Counted from the stretch's first letter, positions 29,507-39,660 are shown. The stretch: 64,000 bases of DNA from a bacterium (GCA_021812345.1 JAKANP010000003.1:82-64081); one strand, 5' to 3'. The notes: generated from the letters alone by a model not told the origin. A program made the numbers and translations.

Positions 29507-31210
29507 TTAATCTATTAATTTATATCCTATTTCCTTAACACCTTCAACTTTTTTTATTTTGAGCATTAAATTTTCGGCTTTTTCTTTATTTTCGGCGCCG
29601 ATAACCAACCGAATAAAAGGATATTTATCATTTAAAAATGTTTCCATTTTTATGACCGGAAAGTGATTTCTTGAAATAATTGTCGTTATGTCTTTAATCA
29701 GTCCGATTCTGGATTTGCATGCTATTTTATATTCCGTCTTTTTTGTTGTTGAAGTGGATTTTTTTATGGAATATTTTATTTTTCTTTTGGCATAATGAGT
29801 TTTTACAAAATTAAGCCAGTTTTCGGAGGCGCGCTTGTTTTTCTGAGTTAAAATATCGACAATATCTCCGGATTGGAGCGGAGTATCAAGAGGAGCAATT
29901 TTGTTGTTTATCTTTGCTCCGGCGCAAGAATCTCCTATATTGCTGTGTATGTAGTAGGCAAAATCAACCGGAGTCGAGCCAACCGGAAGGTCAACAACTT
30001 TCCCTTCGGGAGTTAAAACAAATATTCTGTCCGAGAAAAAATCTATTTTTAACGCTTCTATGAATTCTTTTGATCCGGGGAATTGATTTTGCCATTCTTT
30101 GAGTTGTTTGGTCCAAATAGTTTCCTTGGAATCGACTGCCGATATTTTTCCCTGATTGTAATCATCTTTTCCTTTTTTAGATTCGTAAAACCAATGAGCG
30201 GCGCTTCCATTTTCCGCCTGTTCGTGCATTTCGTCTGTTCTTATCTGAAACTCGGTTGGTTTATCATCCACACAAAAAACAGTAGTGTGAAGACTTTGAT
30301 AGCCATTTGGTTTTGGAAGGGCGATGTAATCTTTTATTCTGCCCGGAAGCGGCGGCCATGTTTGATGAATAACTCCAAGCGCCAAATAACATTCTTCAAC
30401 GTTTTTTACGATTATTCTCAAAGCGATTAAGTCATAAATATTTTCCAAATTCAAATCATAACGCAAAAGTTTTTTGTATAAACTGTATAATCTTTTTGCT
30501 CTGTAATCCAAAGATACCGGGACTATTCCGGCTTTTTTTAAATTCGTTAAAACTATCGGCTCCACTTTCTTTAAGTATTTCATTCTTTCATCGTATGACT
30601 CTTTAACCGAACCGATAAGCCATCTATGTTTTTCCGGATAAATATAGGGGAAAGCCAAGTCTTCAAGTTCTCCGGCGATATTTTGCATTCCTAATCTGTA
30701 GGCAATCGGCGCATAAATTTCCGCCGTCTCCAAAGCGATTCTTTTTTGTTTTTGAATGGGAATATGATTAAGAGTTTTCATATTATGCAATCTGTCGGCA
30801 AGTTTTATAAAAATAACTCTTAAATCTTTGCTTATGGCCAGAATCATTTTTCTTAACGATTCTATGCTCTGTTCTTCTTCTTTATATTTTATATTTCCCA
30901 GTTTGGTAACTCCCTCAACCAAAAAAGAAATTTCCTCTCCGAATTTGTCTTTAACTTCCTGAACGGAAACTCCACAATCTTCGATGGTATCATGAAGAAG
31001 TCCTGCCGATATCGATTGATAATCCAGTTGCCATGATGCCAGCTTGAAGGCCGTTTCAAACAAATGAACAAAATAATTTTCTCCACTGGCGCGTTTTTGA
31101 TTTTTATGAGCATTTTTAGCGAAAACAAAAGCTTTGGCAATAACTTGAGCGCCAACCTCGTCGTCGGGAAAATGTTTTTTAAATTCTTTTGTTAGTTTAT
31201 CTAAAGTCAT
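29507..31210 (-). CDS. rel: Bifunctional (p)ppGpp synthetase/hydrolase (RelA/SpoT family)
   Basis: HD hydrolase (LLHDTIEDCG), synthetase motif (RIKDYIALPKPNGYQSLHTTV), TGS and ACT-like C-terminus. Confidence 0.9.
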   Translation of the reverse strand: MTLDKLTKEFKKHFPDDEVGAQVIAKAFVFAKNAHKNQKRASGENYFVHLFETAFKLASWQLDYQSISAGLLHDTIEDCGVSVQEVKDKFGEEISFLVEGVTKLGNIKYKEEEQSIESLRKMILAISKDLRVIFIKLADRLHNMKTLNHIPIQKQKRIALETAEIYAPIAYRLGMQNIAGELEDLAFPYIYPEKHRWLIGSVKESYDERMKYLKKVEPIVLTNLKKAGIVPVSLDYRAKRLYSLYKKLLRYDLNLENIYDLIALRIIVKNVEECYLALGVIHQTWPPLPGRIKDYIALPKPNGYQSLHTTVFCVDDKPTEFQIRTDEMHEQAENGSAAHWFYESKKGKDDYNQGKISAVDSKETIWTKQLKEWQNQFPGSKEFIEALKIDFFSDRIFVLTPEGKVVDLPVGSTPVDFAYYIHSNIGDSCAGAKINNKIAPLDTPLQSGDIVDILTQKNKRASENWLNFVKTHYAKRKIKYSIKKSTSTTKKTEYKIACKSRIGLIKDITTIISRNHFPVIKMETFLNDKYPFIRLVIGAENKEKAENLMLKIKKVEGVKEIGYKLID

Positions 31211-33447
31211 GTTTTTACCCGGTCTTTTTTGTGAAATTTTTTTGAAGTTTTATCCTTGGGTTTTTCTTTCCACTGATTATACAACTCGGTCAATTCTTTT
31301 TCGGTTTCGGGTTTTTTATTAATTATAAAATTGCAATCCGGCCAACGCGTGCAGGCATAAAAAGGTTTTCCGCGTCCGCGTCCTTTTTTTTCAACAATAT
31401 CTCCGGGATTGTTTTTTCTTTCCGGAGTATCCAAGCAAAGAGGGCAAACAAATCCCGTCTTGTTCCAAATTCTTGATATCCCTTTACATTTTGGATAGTC
31501 AACGCATCCTAAAAAATATCCAAACCTCCCTCTTTTTACTTTCATTGGTTTCCCGCAGAGAGGGCATTTTTCTCCTCTGGTTTTTTCTTCCAGTTCTTTT
31601 ATTTTTGCCGCTTCTTCGGGCATTGGTAAAGTAATCTTGCTTCCTTCTTGCGGACAGGCTAAAAATTTTCCCATTCTTCCGAATTTAATCAGCATCGGCT
31701 TTCCACAATGAGGACAAAGAGTGTCTGAAATCTGAATATTTTTTTGGACTTCCGACTCTTTTTCGTCAAGATGTTTTTCAAAAGGTATGTAAAATTCTTG
31801 GCAAACATTAACCCACGGAATTTGACCTTGAGCTATTTCATCAAGTTCTTCTTCGATGTGAGCGGTAAAATTAACATCTATTATTTCGGGAAAATGTTCT
31901 ACCAGCATATCGTTAACCATAAATCCGATTTCTGTCGGATGATATTTTTTTTCCGTCTTTTCCACATATCCACGCTCTTGAATCGTTGAAAGAGTCGGGG
32001 CATATGTTGAGGGTCTTCCCACTCCAAAATATTCAAGAGCTTTTATCAATGCGGCATCGGTATATCTTGCCGGCGGTTCGGTAAAATGCTGTATCGGCAA
32101 AATTTCTTTTGAAATAATTTTATCGTTTTCTTTAAGCGAGGGGAGATTATTTTCCTTGTCTTCTTGAGTGTCGCTTTCTCCCGATGAGTATACTTTTAAA
32201 AATCCGTCAAAAATAATCGTCTGCCCCGTCGCTCTAAAAACGTATCTATTGTCTTCATCTTTGATATCAACGGATGTTTGCTGAACTTTTGCGGATTGCA
32301 TTTGACAGGCTATAGTCCTTTTCCAAATTAATGTGTACAAACGGGATTGAGAACGGTCTTTTAAATTTGCCATCTCGGGACTTTTTGCAAGATTTGTCGG
32401 TCTGATAGCTTCGTGAGCTTCCTGAGCTCCTTTTGATTTATTGGTAAAATATCTTGGAGAATCGAGTTGGTAGTTTTTTCCAAACGCCTTTCCGATAATT
32501 TGTTGAGCTTGGCTAAGCGCCGAAAAAGACAAATTGAGACTGTCGGTTCTCATATAAGTTATCAGTCCGTTTTCATAAAGTTTTTGAGCAATAACCATCG
32601 TCTGCTTTGCGGAAAATCCAAATCGTCGCGATGCTTCTTGCTGAAGAGTTGAAGTGGTAAAAGGGGGATAGGGATTTCTGTAAACTTCCTTTTTATTAAT
32701 AGAGGCAACGCTATATTTCAATCCGTTTAAATTGGCGGTTATTTTTTCCGTTTCATTTTTATCGGAAATTTCCATTTTATCCATTTTTTTTCCGTCTATC
32801 GAATAAAGCTTGGCGCTAAATATTTTTTTATCTCCGGCTTTTAAAAAATTTCCTTCTATTGTCCAATATTCCTCTTTGTTAAAGTTTTGTATTTCTCTCT
32901 CTCTTTCAACTATCAAGCGCAAAGCAACGCTTTGAACTCTTCCGGCAGAAAGCCCATATCTTATTTTGTGCCACAAAAACGGAGACAATTTATATCCCAC
33001 CAATCTATCCAAGACTCTTCTCGCTTGCTGAGCGTCGACTAAGTTCTGGTCTATGTTCCTAGGATTTTTTAAGGCGTTTTTTATGGCGTCCTCGGTTATT
33101 TCGTGAAAAACTATTCTTTCGAAATTATTGTTTTTCTTCTTTTTGTCTTTTGATTCGCTTAATATTTGAGCAATGTGCCAGGCAATAGCTTCTCCTTCTC
33201 TGTCTTCGTCGCTTGCCAGAATAACCTCTTGAGCTTTTGATGCTTCTTTTTTTAAAGTCTCCACATTTTCTTTGGCTTTTGTCGGTATGACATAAGTGGG
33301 AAGAAAATTATTTTTTACGTCAATTCCAAGCTTGCTTTTCGGCAAATCTCTAACGTGGCCATAAGATGAAAGCACTTTGAAATCCTTTCCTAAAAATCCG
33401 GAAATCGTCTTTGCTTTTGTGGGTGATTCGACAATTATTAATTTCAT
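31207..33447 (-). CDS. topA: DNA topoisomerase I
   Basis: TOPRIM N-terminus MKLIIVESPTKAKTI..., catalytic Tyr region, multiple C-terminal Zn ribbons (CPHCGKPM, CPLCGKPM). Confidence 0.93.
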   Translation of the reverse strand: MKLIIVESPTKAKTISGFLGKDFKVLSSYGHVRDLPKSKLGIDVKNNFLPTYVIPTKAKENVETLKKEASKAQEVILASDEDREGEAIAWHIAQILSESKDKKKKNNNFERIVFHEITEDAIKNALKNPRNIDQNLVDAQQARRVLDRLVGYKLSPFLWHKIRYGLSAGRVQSVALRLIVEREREIQNFNKEEYWTIEGNFLKAGDKKIFSAKLYSIDGKKMDKMEISDKNETEKITANLNGLKYSVASINKKEVYRNPYPPFTTSTLQQEASRRFGFSAKQTMVIAQKLYENGLITYMRTDSLNLSFSALSQAQQIIGKAFGKNYQLDSPRYFTNKSKGAQEAHEAIRPTNLAKSPEMANLKDRSQSRLYTLIWKRTIACQMQSAKVQQTSVDIKDEDNRYVFRATGQTIIFDGFLKVYSSGESDTQEDKENNLPSLKENDKIISKEILPIQHFTEPPARYTDAALIKALEYFGVGRPSTYAPTLSTIQERGYVEKTEKKYHPTEIGFMVNDMLVEHFPEIIDVNFTAHIEEELDEIAQGQIPWVNVCQEFYIPFEKHLDEKESEVQKNIQISDTLCPHCGKPMLIKFGRMGKFLACPQEGSKITLPMPEEAAKIKELEEKTRGEKCPLCGKPMKVKRGRFGYFLGCVDYPKCKGISRIWNKTGFVCPLCLDTPERKNNPGDIVEKKGRGRGKPFYACTRWPDCNFIINKKPETEKELTELYNQWKEKPKDKTSKKFHKKDRVKT

Positions 33448-34316
33448 AATTTAATTTGATAATTAGTTCCTTCTTGAAAAACAAGTTCCTCTAATAATAA
33501 ATTGGATAGAGCGCAGGAAACATCACGAGGATTTAGTTTAGTTATTTGACAGATCTTGTCAACAGAAAGGGGACGAGACGATTTTTTTAATTCATTAAAT
33601 ATCTTTTGCTCATCGGTTTTTAATTCTATTTTTTTATTTTCCTCTCTAATTAAATCATAAGACATATCCGAAAGGAAATCATTAACGCCCGTAATCAGTC
33701 GGGCGCCACTTCTTATCAATTTATGAGATCCGTTGAAATTAAAAGACCCTATTGTCCCGGGCACTACAAAAATAGGTTTTTTCTGCTCGGTGGCAAATTT
33801 TGCCGTTGTCATAGACCCTGATTTAAAAGGCGCTTCAATTACAATAACCGCCGAAGAGAGAGCGCTTATAATTCTGTTTCTCATTAAAAAATTTCCAGGG
33901 AAAGACGGCGTTTGGGGAGGATATTCCGATATTAAGCATCCATTATTTGAAATTATTTTATCGGCTAATTGATTATTTGAAGCCGGATAAATTTTATCCA
34001 GTCCGTTTGCTAAAACGGCAACAGTTTGTCCTCCGGCGTCAACCGCTCCCCGGTGAGCGGATGTATCGATTCCTATCGCCAGTCCGCTGATTATCAAAAA
34101 TCCGTTTTTTGCCAAAGTAAAAGAAAAATCGTAAGCCGTTTTTTCTCCGTAAGCGGAAGCTTTTCTGGTTCCAACGATGGCTACGCAGGTTTTGTTTTTG
34201 GGTATTTCTCCTTTTATATAAATTGATTCTACCGGAGGAATAATGCCGGATAGTTTTTCTAAAAAATCATATTTTTTAAAACTATCGCTTTCTATTTTTG
34301 TAAGATTGTTTTTCAT
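33444..34316 (-). CDS. dprA: DNA processing protein DprA (Smf)
   Basis: Rossmann-like DprA core (GLAIGIDTSAHRGAV..., VIVIEAPFKSGSMTTA), conserved dprA-topA synteny. Confidence 0.85.
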   Translation of the reverse strand: MKNNLTKIESDSFKKYDFLEKLSGIIPPVESIYIKGEIPKNKTCVAIVGTRKASAYGEKTAYDFSFTLAKNGFLIISGLAIGIDTSAHRGAVDAGGQTVAVLANGLDKIYPASNNQLADKIISNNGCLISEYPPQTPSFPGNFLMRNRIISALSSAVIVIEAPFKSGSMTTAKFATEQKKPIFVVPGTIGSFNFNGSHKLIRSGARLITGVNDFLSDMSYDLIREENKKIELKTDEQKIFNELKKSSRPLSVDKICQITKLNPRDVSCALSNLLLEELVFQEGTNYQIKL

Positions 34317-34377
34317 CCTTCTTTATTATACAATATAAATAATAACGGCCAATAATTTAAGTTTATATTTTTAATTT

Positions 34378-34920
34378 ATGTTCGATAAAGCGCTTGATTT
34401 CAAAAAAAGTTTTTACATAAATTTGGGAATTTTGGCGGCGATTATTCTGGTTTTTGTGCTGTTTTCTTATCTTTTGAGAATGAGCATCGATCATCAAATT
34501 TCCGTAATCCAAGACATAAATTCCAAAAAATCTTTTGTTTCGGATTCATCAAACAATCTTTCGGTTTTGATAAAACAATGGAATTTTGTAAGAAATTATG
34601 CTCAACAGGTTTCTTTAATGGTGCCGTCCAAAGACAACCTTGTTAATTTTCAAAAAGATTTAAATGATATTTCACAAAAAGACGGAGTTTCTTTGACTTT
34701 TAATTTTGGCTCCGAAACGCCGGCCTCCGGTTCGGGAAGTCTTGGGTCAATAGGATTTTCTTCTATTATTACCGGTTCTCAGTCGGGAATTTTGAACTTC
34801 ATTCAGGATGTTGAAAACAAATATTATTCTCTTAAAATAAGTTCTTTGGAATTGGTTCAGCAATCCGACACGAGTTCCAAATTGTCAATAACCGGACAAG
34901 TATTTTATTCCGGAAAATAA
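34378..34920 (+). CDS. Second PilO-like membrane protein
   Basis: 180 aa, N-terminal TM, architecture parallels the ORF at 1621-2193. Confidence 0.4.
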   Translation: MFDKALDFKKSFYINLGILAAIILVFVLFSYLLRMSIDHQISVIQDINSKKSFVSDSSNNLSVLIKQWNFVRNYAQQVSLMVPSKDNLVNFQKDLNDISQKDGVSLTFNFGSETPASGSGSLGSIGFSSIITGSQSGILNFIQDVENKYYSLKISSLELVQQSDTSSKLSITGQVFYSGK

Positions 34921-34921
34921 T

Positions 34922-35167
34922 ATGAAAATAAGCATCGAATCCATCAAAAAAAATAAAAGCGAAATAATTTTTTATTCAGTCGGATTAACTTTGTCCGTTA
35001 TTATTATTTTTGTATTTGTTAATTCTATAGGTTATCTTGTTTCCAGTTTGGAGTCGGCGCTTGAGGTGACTCATTCCAATTATTCTTCGGTAACTTTCAA
35101 TGTTGATTCGCTTAAAACATTGGGGGTGGTAAATTCCATACCGCCTTCCGTTGAGGTTTCTCAATAA
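34922..35167 (+). CDS. Small membrane protein
   Basis: 81 aa, single TM helix, translationally coupled to previous ORF. Confidence 0.35.
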   Translation: MKISIESIKKNKSEIIFYSVGLTLSVIIIFVFVNSIGYLVSSLESALEVTHSNYSSVTFNVDSLKTLGVVNSIPPSVEVSQ

Positions 35168-35306
35168 TTTCATCTTGATTTTTTTTGGTTTGCGTATAAA
35201 ATGATTTCATTGGTGTTTTCGCGCAAAATTTATATATAGTGATGCGATTTTTTGCCGGATATGCCATTTTAACAATAAAGTATTGATTCATATTTATTTT
35301 AAAAAA

Positions 35307-35378
35307 GCGCACATAGTTCAGTGGTAGAACGCTGTCCTGATAAGACAGAGGTCCCAGGTTCGATCCCTGGTGTGCGCA
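35307..35378 (+). tRNA. tRNA-Ile(GAT)
   Basis: GCGCACATAGTTCAGTGGTAGAACGCTGTCCTGATAAGACAGAGGTCCCAGGTTCGATCCCTGGTGTGCGCA; anticodon loop CTGATAA. Confidence 0.85.
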
Positions 35379-35394
35379 CACTGCGCTTATTTTA

Positions 35395-35447
35395 CGGGGC
35401 GCAGTAAGACAGAGGTCCGGAGGTCCGATCCCTCCCGCGTGCACAAA
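35395..35447 (+). other. Degenerate duplicate of the tRNA-Ile 3' half
   Basis: GTAAGACAGAGGTCCGGAGGTCCGATCCCTCCCGCGTGCACA parallels ATAAGACAGAGGTCCCAGGTTCGATCCCTGGTGTGCGCACA but cannot fold as a tRNA. Confidence 0.6.
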
Positions 35448-35492
35448 TAAAATGTTCAATCGGAATATTTTTTTGTAGGAAAGATAATATAT

Positions 35493-35569
35493 GGGCGTTT
35501 AGCTCAGTTGGTTAGAGCGTCACATTGACATTGTGAAGGTCAGAGGTTCGACTCCTCTAACGCCCACCA
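35493..35569 (+). tRNA. tRNA-Val(GAC), CCA encoded
   Basis: GGGCGTTTAGCTCAGTTGGTTAGAGCGTCACATTGACATTGTGAAGGTCAGAGGTTCGACTCCTCTAACGCCCACCA; anticodon loop TTGACAT. Confidence 0.85.
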
Positions 35570-35616
35570 TTTTTATAAACTATGAAAAATACCCAAGGTT
35601 GTGGTATTATTTTTTT

Positions 35617-35955
35617 ATGTCAACAAAAGAAATCCCACCGTCTTTCCCATCAATTCCGACCGGAAATTTGGAGGAGGAAAAAATATTGAATTTGGCGAAA
35701 CAATTAAGAGAGTATTCCACGCAATTAATTCTTCAAAGAAAATACAAAGAGCACAGCGCATATTCCGAAGAAATAAAACAAATGAAAGATAAACTTAAGG
35801 AAAAATACGGAGAAGATGTTTTTTTCAGCTGTAGACTTTATCATTTTTTAATTAAAAGCACGATGCCTCCGGGAACAAAAGAAATTTTTGATTTACCAAA
35901 CGGAGAATGGTCGGAATTTATCGAAAAAAAAGCAAAAGAATTCGGAATTAATTAA
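35617..35955 (+). CDS. Hypothetical protein (start at internal ATG downstream of tRNA-Val)
   Basis: The annotated ORF from 35533 overlaps tRNA-Val; MSTKEIPP start at 35617 is more plausible. Confidence 0.4.
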   Translation: MSTKEIPPSFPSIPTGNLEEEKILNLAKQLREYSTQLILQRKYKEHSAYSEEIKQMKDKLKEKYGEDVFFSCRLYHFLIKSTMPPGTKEIFDLPNGEWSEFIEKKAKEFGIN

Positions 35956-35966
35956 TTTTTATTATT

Positions 35967-36299
35967 ATGACTTTTAATGAGTATCAAAATGAATCAAAAA
36001 AGACGGCAAAATATCCCAAAATAGACGGCAAGGGATATTTGTATCCGGTTTTGGGACTTGCCGGAGAGGCCGGCGAAGTTGCCGAAAAAATAAAAAAAGT
36101 TTTTAGGGATAAAAATGGTAAAATTTCCGATGAAACAAGAATTGAAATTATTAAAGAGCTTGGAGATGTGCTTTGGTATTTATCACAGATTTCTTTGGAG
36201 CTTGAGGTTCCTTTTGATAAAGTGGCTGAAGAAAATTTAAAGAAACTCGCTTCTCGTTTTGAGAGAAACAAAATTTCAGGAAATGGAGATAACAGATAA
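35967..36299 (+). CDS. MazG-like nucleotide pyrophosphohydrolase
   Basis: GLAGEAGEVAEKIKK...ELGDVLWYL EExxE/D metal-binding pattern, 110 aa. Confidence 0.7.
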   Translation: MTFNEYQNESKKTAKYPKIDGKGYLYPVLGLAGEAGEVAEKIKKVFRDKNGKISDETRIEIIKELGDVLWYLSQISLELEVPFDKVAEENLKKLASRFERNKISGNGDNR

Positions 36300-36305
36300 A
36301 AAACA

Positions 36306-36995
36306 ATGGAAATTCCGATTATTTATCAAAATAAAAATTTCATTGCCATAAATAAGCCGGCCGGGCTTTTGGTCCATTCTTCGGATTATCAATCAAAAAA
36401 TGAGCCGACATTGGTTGATTGGATTTTAAAAAAATTTCCTCAAGTAAAAAATGTCGGAGATGACACAAAGAATCGCCCCGGAATTGTTCATCGCTTGGAT
36501 AAAGACACTTCGGGAATTATGCTTATTCCTCTAACGAGTGAATATTTTTTTTATCTTAAAAAATTATTTCAAGATAAAAAAATAAAAAAAACTTATCTTG
36601 CCGTGGTTAAGGGGGAGGTTAAAGAAAAAATCGGGAAAATAGATAAGCCCATAGGGATAAAATCGGGAACGACAAAACGAACGGTTTTTTCGGATAAAAT
36701 GTCAAAAGAGGCGATAACTGAATATAAATTGGTAAAAAATTTTGAAAAAGAAGGCCAAAAATTTTCACTTTTGGAAGTGAGTCCTCTTACCGGAAGAACC
36801 CATCAAATCAGAGTTCATCTTAATTTTATAAATCATCCTGTTGTGGGAGATAAAATATATGGAGGAAAACAAAACTCGTTATTGGCATCTCGACAGATGC
36901 TTCACTGCTATGCTCTTGAGTTTGAAATTGAACCGGGGAAAACAATGCGGCTCGAGGCTCAGTTGCCGAATGATTTTGAATATCTTATTAAATAA
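36306..36995 (+). CDS. RluA-family pseudouridine synthase
   Basis: HRLDKDTSGIMLI catalytic Asp motif, 229 aa. Confidence 0.85.
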   Translation: MEIPIIYQNKNFIAINKPAGLLVHSSDYQSKNEPTLVDWILKKFPQVKNVGDDTKNRPGIVHRLDKDTSGIMLIPLTSEYFFYLKKLFQDKKIKKTYLAVVKGEVKEKIGKIDKPIGIKSGTTKRTVFSDKMSKEAITEYKLVKNFEKEGQKFSLLEVSPLTGRTHQIRVHLNFINHPVVGDKIYGGKQNSLLASRQMLHCYALEFEIEPGKTMRLEAQLPNDFEYLIK

Positions 36996-37037
36996 TTGTA
37001 TTATATTTATAAATTAAAATTAAAGTAATAAAACGAT

Positions 37038-38942
37038 ATGGGAAATAAATTTGAAAGTTTTGATGGGCCGATTAAATCCTCCAAGAAAGAAGAAGAGGCG
37101 ATAAAGAGGGTTGTCGATAATTCCGAAGTGGAGAATGCGATAAAAGAATTAAAAACCGCCGGTGAAATTGCCGTAGAAAAAACCGGTGGCCCGATTCCCA
37201 AAAAAGAAGAAAGGATGGGCAGAGATATGACTGCCGCGGAATTGGCTATGAAAAAAGCCGACGAGATGATTGCTCAAATGGATAACAAACCCAAAGAGAA
37301 AAGCGAATTGCCGGAAAGCAAACCGCAAGATGAAATAGAAGATGTTTTTAAATCTTCGGATGGTATTGCCGAATCAGCCAGTCTTCCGGGTAGCGGCAGT
37401 CCCGGCGGTGGAAATAATGGCAATCCTAAATATGAAACACAGATGGGAGGAGGCCCGGGAGATTCCGGTGACTACCCCACATGTCCAAATTGTGGTAAAA
37501 AAATACTTCCCGGGAAAGAAGAATATCACAGAACAAAACAATGTTTATTGGAAAATCCTGATAGCAATGTTTTGAAAGTTAATTCTCACATTGAATTTGG
37601 ACCGGGAGTAACTATTGAAGATTTAGAAAATGAATTAGCCAGAAAAGAAAAAGAACTCCAGGATCTTGAGGGCACTACTCCGGATAATTTTATTTTCAAA
37701 GACACTTTCAGTAGAGAAGATATAGAAAAAACTATAGAAAATAATAAACGACAGCTTAAAAAAGAAATTGAAAGATTGAAAAAGGAGATAGAAAAAATGA
37801 AAGCTGACGCCGAAAGGGAAAAAATACTTTCCGAATTAAATGCCAAGCTTTTAGATGCTCAAGAAAATTTGGAAAAAGCCAAAATGAGCGCCAAACCGAT
37901 GGAAATCGCATATTGGGAAGATATTATTAAAAAAATTAAAGAAGAAATATCAAAATACGAAAAAGGCATAATCCCCGGAGCAATTGATGCGATTAAAAAA
38001 GCTTTCGAATCTTTTAAAGACAGCAATGCGTGGGGATTTATAAAAGAAAGAGCAAAAGGCTTTGGGACTTTCGGTTTTTGGGAATTTCATCAGGCGGAAA
38101 GATTAAGAAGCGGAACAGCTAAAACAGGAAAGACAATCGAGGAGCAGGCAAAACTGATTTCGGAAGAAAAGCATTTGGATTTAAATGCCGCTTTGGAGGA
38201 AGCTTCCCATATGGAAAAAGTTTTTGATGCCGCCGGAATTGATCCGACCGACAGGAGAAAAGAAGAATACGATCTTTTATCAGAAAAAATAACCGATAGA
38301 AAAAAACAGGAAAATGAAGTTGTTATTAAAAAAATAATTGATGGAATTCCGGCCGCTCTCGAAAGTCGAAACGTGCAAAAATATAGGGAAGCCAATACCG
38401 GTAAAATAGCTATGACTCCGGAAAAAATAAAAGATTTGCAGGAGAAAATCAGGATTGAGCTCGAAAAAATGAAAGACGGCACTGCTCGTCAGGATGTTGA
38501 AAAATATGCAACAGTTATGAGAAGAGGATTGGATCCAAAGTGGTGGTCAAGATATATTTATGGCGGATTGGAAACTGCACTGGATGCTATTGGAGTTAAG
38601 TTGATTCTTTCCAAAGTTTTAGCGGAAAAATCGGTTGCGGCGGTTTCGGAAAAAGCTCCCGGACTGGTTTCATCCCATAGTTCTGCCGAAAAAAGCGTTG
38701 AAATTGGAATGAGAGATAATGTTTGGAATGAATCGCGAAGATTCCTTGTTAAAGAGGGAATTTCCAATCCTTCAAACAAACAAGTTCTTGAAGCTGCCAG
38801 AACCGTGGCGCAAGAAAGCGGAGTGACAGTCCCGGAATGGGGAATAAACGGACATATTTTAAGCACCAAGATGCCAGCAGGTTATTTGCTTAAAATGGGG
38901 GGAGTTATAAAAAAATTATTAATGATAAAATCGTTGGGATAA
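37038..38942 (+). CDS. Hypothetical coiled-coil protein with CPNC Zn-ribbon-like motif
   Basis: 634 aa, K/E-rich heptad-like segments, Gly/Pro linker, YPTCPNCGKK; no recognisable family. Confidence 0.4.
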   Translation: MGNKFESFDGPIKSSKKEEEAIKRVVDNSEVENAIKELKTAGEIAVEKTGGPIPKKEERMGRDMTAAELAMKKADEMIAQMDNKPKEKSELPESKPQDEIEDVFKSSDGIAESASLPGSGSPGGGNNGNPKYETQMGGGPGDSGDYPTCPNCGKKILPGKEEYHRTKQCLLENPDSNVLKVNSHIEFGPGVTIEDLENELARKEKELQDLEGTTPDNFIFKDTFSREDIEKTIENNKRQLKKEIERLKKEIEKMKADAEREKILSELNAKLLDAQENLEKAKMSAKPMEIAYWEDIIKKIKEEISKYEKGIIPGAIDAIKKAFESFKDSNAWGFIKERAKGFGTFGFWEFHQAERLRSGTAKTGKTIEEQAKLISEEKHLDLNAALEEASHMEKVFDAAGIDPTDRRKEEYDLLSEKITDRKKQENEVVIKKIIDGIPAALESRNVQKYREANTGKIAMTPEKIKDLQEKIRIELEKMKDGTARQDVEKYATVMRRGLDPKWWSRYIYGGLETALDAIGVKLILSKVLAEKSVAAVSEKAPGLVSSHSSAEKSVEIGMRDNVWNESRRFLVKEGISNPSNKQVLEAARTVAQESGVTVPEWGINGHILSTKMPAGYLLKMGGVIKKLLMIKSLG

Positions 38943-38977
38943 TAAAATAAAATTATTATTAAGAAAATCTTAAAAAT

Positions 38978-39286
38978 ATGGAAAATAATTTTGAAAAAAT
39001 CGGAGAATTATTGGCAAAGTCGCCTTTAGATAAAGAAATCAAAGATGTTGTTTTGGAAAATTTGGATAAAATGCCGGAAAATGCATTAAATGATTTGGCT
39101 TATTCCTTAGAAAAAGAAGATGAACAACTTGAAAATATTTCCAAGATATTAAAAGATTTTGACGCCGATCAAGACGCAAGATGGAACAATTTGGAAGTCA
39201 AGCAAAAAGAAATTGCCGATAAAATGATAGATGAAGCAATAAACGAAATATCAAGCGATGGAAAAGCAGAAGAGAAAGTTAACTAA
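38978..39286 (+). CDS. Hypothetical acidic protein
   Basis: 102 aa highly acidic ORF. Confidence 0.3.
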   Translation: MENNFEKIGELLAKSPLDKEIKDVVLENLDKMPENALNDLAYSLEKEDEQLENISKILKDFDADQDARWNNLEVKQKEIADKMIDEAINEISSDGKAEEKVN

Positions 39287-39294
39287 ATTTATTT

Positions 39295-39323
39295 TTGACA
39301 ATTTGGTTTTTGTATAGTATTAT
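39295..39323 (+). promoter_or_regulatory. Sigma70-type promoter of rplS (TTGACA-17-TATTAT)
   Basis: -35 at 39295-39300, -10 at 39318-39323; ATG at 39334 implies a leaderless or near-leaderless mRNA. Confidence 0.45.
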
Positions 39324-39333
39324 CTTGACTACT

Positions 39334-39660
39334 ATGTTATCCAAAGAAATTTCCGAAAAAATAAAATCCGGCGCTCTTGTGTCGGTAGTTGAAAGAATCA
39401 AAGAGGGCGATAAAGAAAGACAGAGCCAATTTAAGGGCATTGTTTTATCAAGAAAGCATGGCGATCAGCCCGGGGCAACTTTCACTGTTAGAGCGGTCGT
39501 CGATGGAGTGGGTGTTGAAAAAATTTATCCTTTATTGTCGCCGAATATCGTTTCGGTAAAAATAATTTCTTCTCCCAAAAAAGTGGGACGTTCGAAACTT
39601 TATTATTTGAGAAAAGTTTCCAAAAAGAAATCAAGGCAGAAAATCGGAGTAACGGCATAA
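39334..39660 (+). CDS. rplS: 50S ribosomal protein L19
   Basis: ISEKIKSGALVSVVERIKEGDKERQSQFKGIVLSRKH...FTVR...GVEKIYPLLSPNIVSVKI...KLYYLR matches bL19. Confidence 0.8.
   Translation: MLSKEISEKIKSGALVSVVERIKEGDKERQSQFKGIVLSRKHGDQPGATFTVRAVVDGVGVEKIYPLLSPNIVSVKIISSPKKVGRSKLYYLRKVSKKKSRQKIGVTA

Noticed and set aside
35112-35459. 115-aa minus-strand ORF
   Set aside because: Spans tRNA-Ile and its downstream pseudo-copy; no coding features.
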